Notes under the pieces: generated by a model
Database searches by the model: none
What the model saw: only the letters and a program-made list of their open reading frames with translations
What the model was told of the DNA's origin: nothing
Shown here: positions 61,301 to 64,000 of the stretch, in pieces
Numbering within the stretch: position 1 is the first letter of the stretch
How the letters are laid out: each line of letters opens with the position of its first letter
Assembly (NCBI GenBank): GCA_965235115.1
Contig: OZ249436.1
Coordinates: forward strand, 54,004,001-54,068,000
Direction: 5' to 3'
Length of the DNA stretch: 64,000 bases
Origin: Laetmonice hystrix
Lineage: Eukaryota
Position numbers and translations under genes: made by a program

Positions 61301-62900
61301 AGGCCTACTGTGGGAATTTTTGTAGACTGATCACTTTATACACATGCCCTGGTATGTAACTTGTAAGAACAGAGAAGTGTTGTTCTTGATACTTGCATGG
61401 TTGAAGATCTTTGACGGCGTCTAGGGTGAACATATCATATAATAATGATGACCTTATAATGATGGTTCCCTCCATTTTCAACTGCAGGTACCTGTGCCTT
61501 AGGAACAAGAATACTGCAGAGGTGGCCTTCAGCAGTTATACACAGAAACATCCACAAGTTGAACCTGGGCCTCCATTTGTTAGACCACTCCTGAACTTCC
61601 TTTGGTTTCTTCTTCTGGCTGTTGAAGGGTAAGTGTTATATTACCTCCAGTCTTATTTTGCTCTTTCATTAATCAATCAATCAACTGTTTTATTATAGAA
61701 ATACGGGCTACATAGTGTTGTTGAGGTATTTAGAGATAAGAAGCAAATTGCTTATGAAATCCCTGTTACAAACTTAATTAACTAATTGTATATTCAGGTT
61801 TTAAAATATCTGAGATATAGTCAGTGAATGGTGAATTTTATCTGGGTTAAACAAGTGAGTTAAGGTGATTTTTTACATGTTTTGTTTTTATGTGTGAATT
61901 GAACAGTTAAGATGAAAATGTTTCAGTAGTTCATTAATTTTCTTTGGTCCTTGGACAGCGATATATGTTTCAAACGACACACAGATTTAGGAATTAAAAC
62001 GTGATGTTGCTGGTGAGGATGAACGGATAGCATTGCTACCTGAAGCAACTGATTGCATCACAGATCAATCTGGTGTGCAGAGTGCACTATTGGAGGACCA
62101 AGAAATAGTTATAGGCCGAACGTGCGCTGGGGAATAGTCAAAGTAGTCAAAATGCTTTTTCCGGTCCACACCAAGATTTACATTTCAGATAGGAAATTCC
62201 ATGATTCCATGATCGCAGAAATTGACTGGCACCAATAATGTACATTAAAAAAAATATATATGGATTTCAAATTGAGCATTCATTATATAATATTTGTATT
62301 ATTGGTATAATTTCAGAAGGAAAGTGGCACTCTTCACTGTTTTATGTGAGCAATATCAACCAACTCTAAAGAGGGATCCTAGTTATAGCGAGGTGAGATG
62401 ATAATTTCATATACATGTACCAGGGCAATAAAATCATATCAGCACCGTTAGACAGGTCACAGAATATTAATTCCTGGATATTATCCATACAATATTATAC
62501 ATGCCTTTGCTTCTTACTTGCTTTTTTCCTCCAGTATCTGGATAGAATAGGACAAGTATTTTTCGATTTGCCACCGCCTAAACCAGCACAGCAAGGTCTC
62601 TTTGGTAAGTTATATTTTAGACATAAGTAACCTACAGCTCCACACAACTAAATACTGTAATATACATTTAGTAGAAAATAATAATAATAATAAATATGGA
62701 GAAACAGAAAGTAATCTCCTTGAAATTATATGTTTGTTGTAAATCAAAATTTTACAAGAAATAGGTTCATCATTATGTAACTTGTAGGTAACTTGCTGCA
62801 AAGTCTGTTTGCCATGGACGAAGATTCTGATGATGAGGATGGTCCCAGGGACATGGGAAACAGTAGGCAAGCGACGATGTCGACAGTGGAACTAGACTGA
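58316..62900 (+). CDS. GET4: Golgi to ER traffic protein 4 (GET4/TRC35), 322 aa, complete
   Basis: Exons 58316-58428, 59338-59416, 59606-59687, 60016-60171, 60712-60850, 61488-61628, 62317-62392, 62535-62604, 62788-62900 (TGA). Motifs [88 protein letters not shown]. Confidence 0.96.
61085..61290 (+). mobile_element. Possible SINE remnant in a GET4 intron
   Basis: GATATAGCTGAAATACTGCTGA...GCATTGAACACCAA and CGGGTTTCTTCC resemble recalled invertebrate SINE 3' regions. Only one copy in the window, so unverified. Confidence 0.35.
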
Positions 62901-63458
62901 CACAGACAAGTTTCTTATGGACTAGAGCTGGTTACCTCGACAGTTCCAGTCTACCGCCGACCCTGCACTCTTTAAGAGAGCACTAAAGGTGCAAGCCATG
63001 CCTCCCAAGTCAACGAGAATGTTGTCTTGCGAGGATCCATGGGACAAAAAATAGGTTGTCACATTCTTATCAATCCTGGGAGCATTGCATACAATAACGA
63101 ATATATATAACGAAGGCTTTTGATTTACGTGATTTCATGTTTGTTAATTTTGAAATACAGCTCTTGACTAGAAAATACAAATTTCAAGTGTAAAGTTTAT
63201 AATAAGGATGATTATAATACTTATCTACTGACAATGTTCATTGTCCATTTAGCCTTCCGAGACAATGGGTTGTCTGGAAACCTAGGCTTAATATCAGCGC
63301 AAACTTTGTCCTGTAATAAGCAGAAAGCAGTCTGGAATCATACACTTTCTTATACAATGTATGATTAAACGTTTTACTGCCGTCATCTCATTTTAAAGCC
63401 GGTTTTATAGCTGTGTCAGTAATACAGTTTCCGATGTACCGTACTTGATTCACTTTCA

Positions 63459-64000
63459 TCACCGTTCATTAATATTTTCATGGATTGATATTGACATGAT
63501 TTGATTGCAGGGAATGCAGGATTTGTCCATTGTAAAATAATTGGGTATTTCATCTCTATTTATCTCTGAATTGTAGTAACTGAAATTGTAACTTATGCCA
63601 AGCCTCAGGCTGAGCGAAAATGTATCCAAAGACGCAGTCCAGAAGTCGGTAATTTTCATAAAGTTTATAATTTGTATTCTTGTTGTGGTTGTGGTAAACC
63701 ATTGTCCAATTAATCTATGCGGACCTTGGACCACATTTAACCAATATTGCAAGCCAGTGATTGTACTTATGAAAATATCTGATTTATTAAACGTTACTAC
63801 AAAAATATCACTTGGTGTGTGGTGTGCCCATGGTAGGAATGTTCCCCAAATCCATTTGAACTTCTTTGGCATCAAGGCAGCTGACGGTTGGATGTGACTG
63901 CCTTGAACGAACTTCTTCCCGTCATGTCTTGGTCTCAAGTGACTGAAGAATGGATTCCAACTGCGGTGAAGAGGATCAAAAGGACATTCTTGAGGCACAG
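63459..64000 (-). CDS. Unassigned open frame (at least 179 codons) running off the window end; possibly the last exon or 3' UTR of a convergent gene
   Basis: Stop-free for 540 nt in AT-rich DNA, but no recognisable domain. Another frame ends LCLKNVLLILFTAVGIHSSVT* near 63935. Confidence 0.25.
   Translation of the reverse strand, partial: VPQECPFDPLHRSWNPFFSHLRPRHDGKKFVQGSHIQPSAALMPKKFKWIWGTFLPWAHHTPSDIFVVTFNKSDIFISTITGLQYWLNVVQGPHRLIGQWFTTTTTRIQIINFMKITDFWTASLDTFSLSLRLGISYNFSYYNSEINRDEIPNYFTMDKSCIPCNQIMSISIHENINER

Overview
Eukaryotic DNA with GT-AG introns, probably from an invertebrate animal (taxon inferred from gene and repeat content). No rRNA, tRNA or CRISPR array was found. Spliced genes rebuilt by hand with consistent intron phases: the 3' part of DHX34 (+), a secreted coiled-coil/fibrinogen-domain protein (-), an orphan 120-aa secreted Ser/Glu-repeat protein with an Arg tail (+), an ankyrin-SOCS-box protein (-), a small 2-TM protein (-), an SLC36/AVT3-type amino-acid transporter (-), DPH7 (-), CDK2AP1 (-) and GET4 (+). 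Introns and spacers are rich in mobile DNA: a 2.2-kb DIRS1-type element with perfect terminal repeats and an intact tyrosine recombinase but no RT, three Helentron-type (HINE) copies, and many MITEs. Best leads: (1) pervasive TA-site micro-insertions (TA to TAGGCCTA, TACATGTA or TACAGTA), shown by internal paralogue comparisons and resembling transposon excision footprints; (2) the recombinase-only DIRS element; (3) the orphan secreted phospho-Ser/Arg diblock protein lying between two direct HINE copies; (4) a candidate spliced uORF on CDK2AP1. All homology calls come from motif recognition, not database searches.
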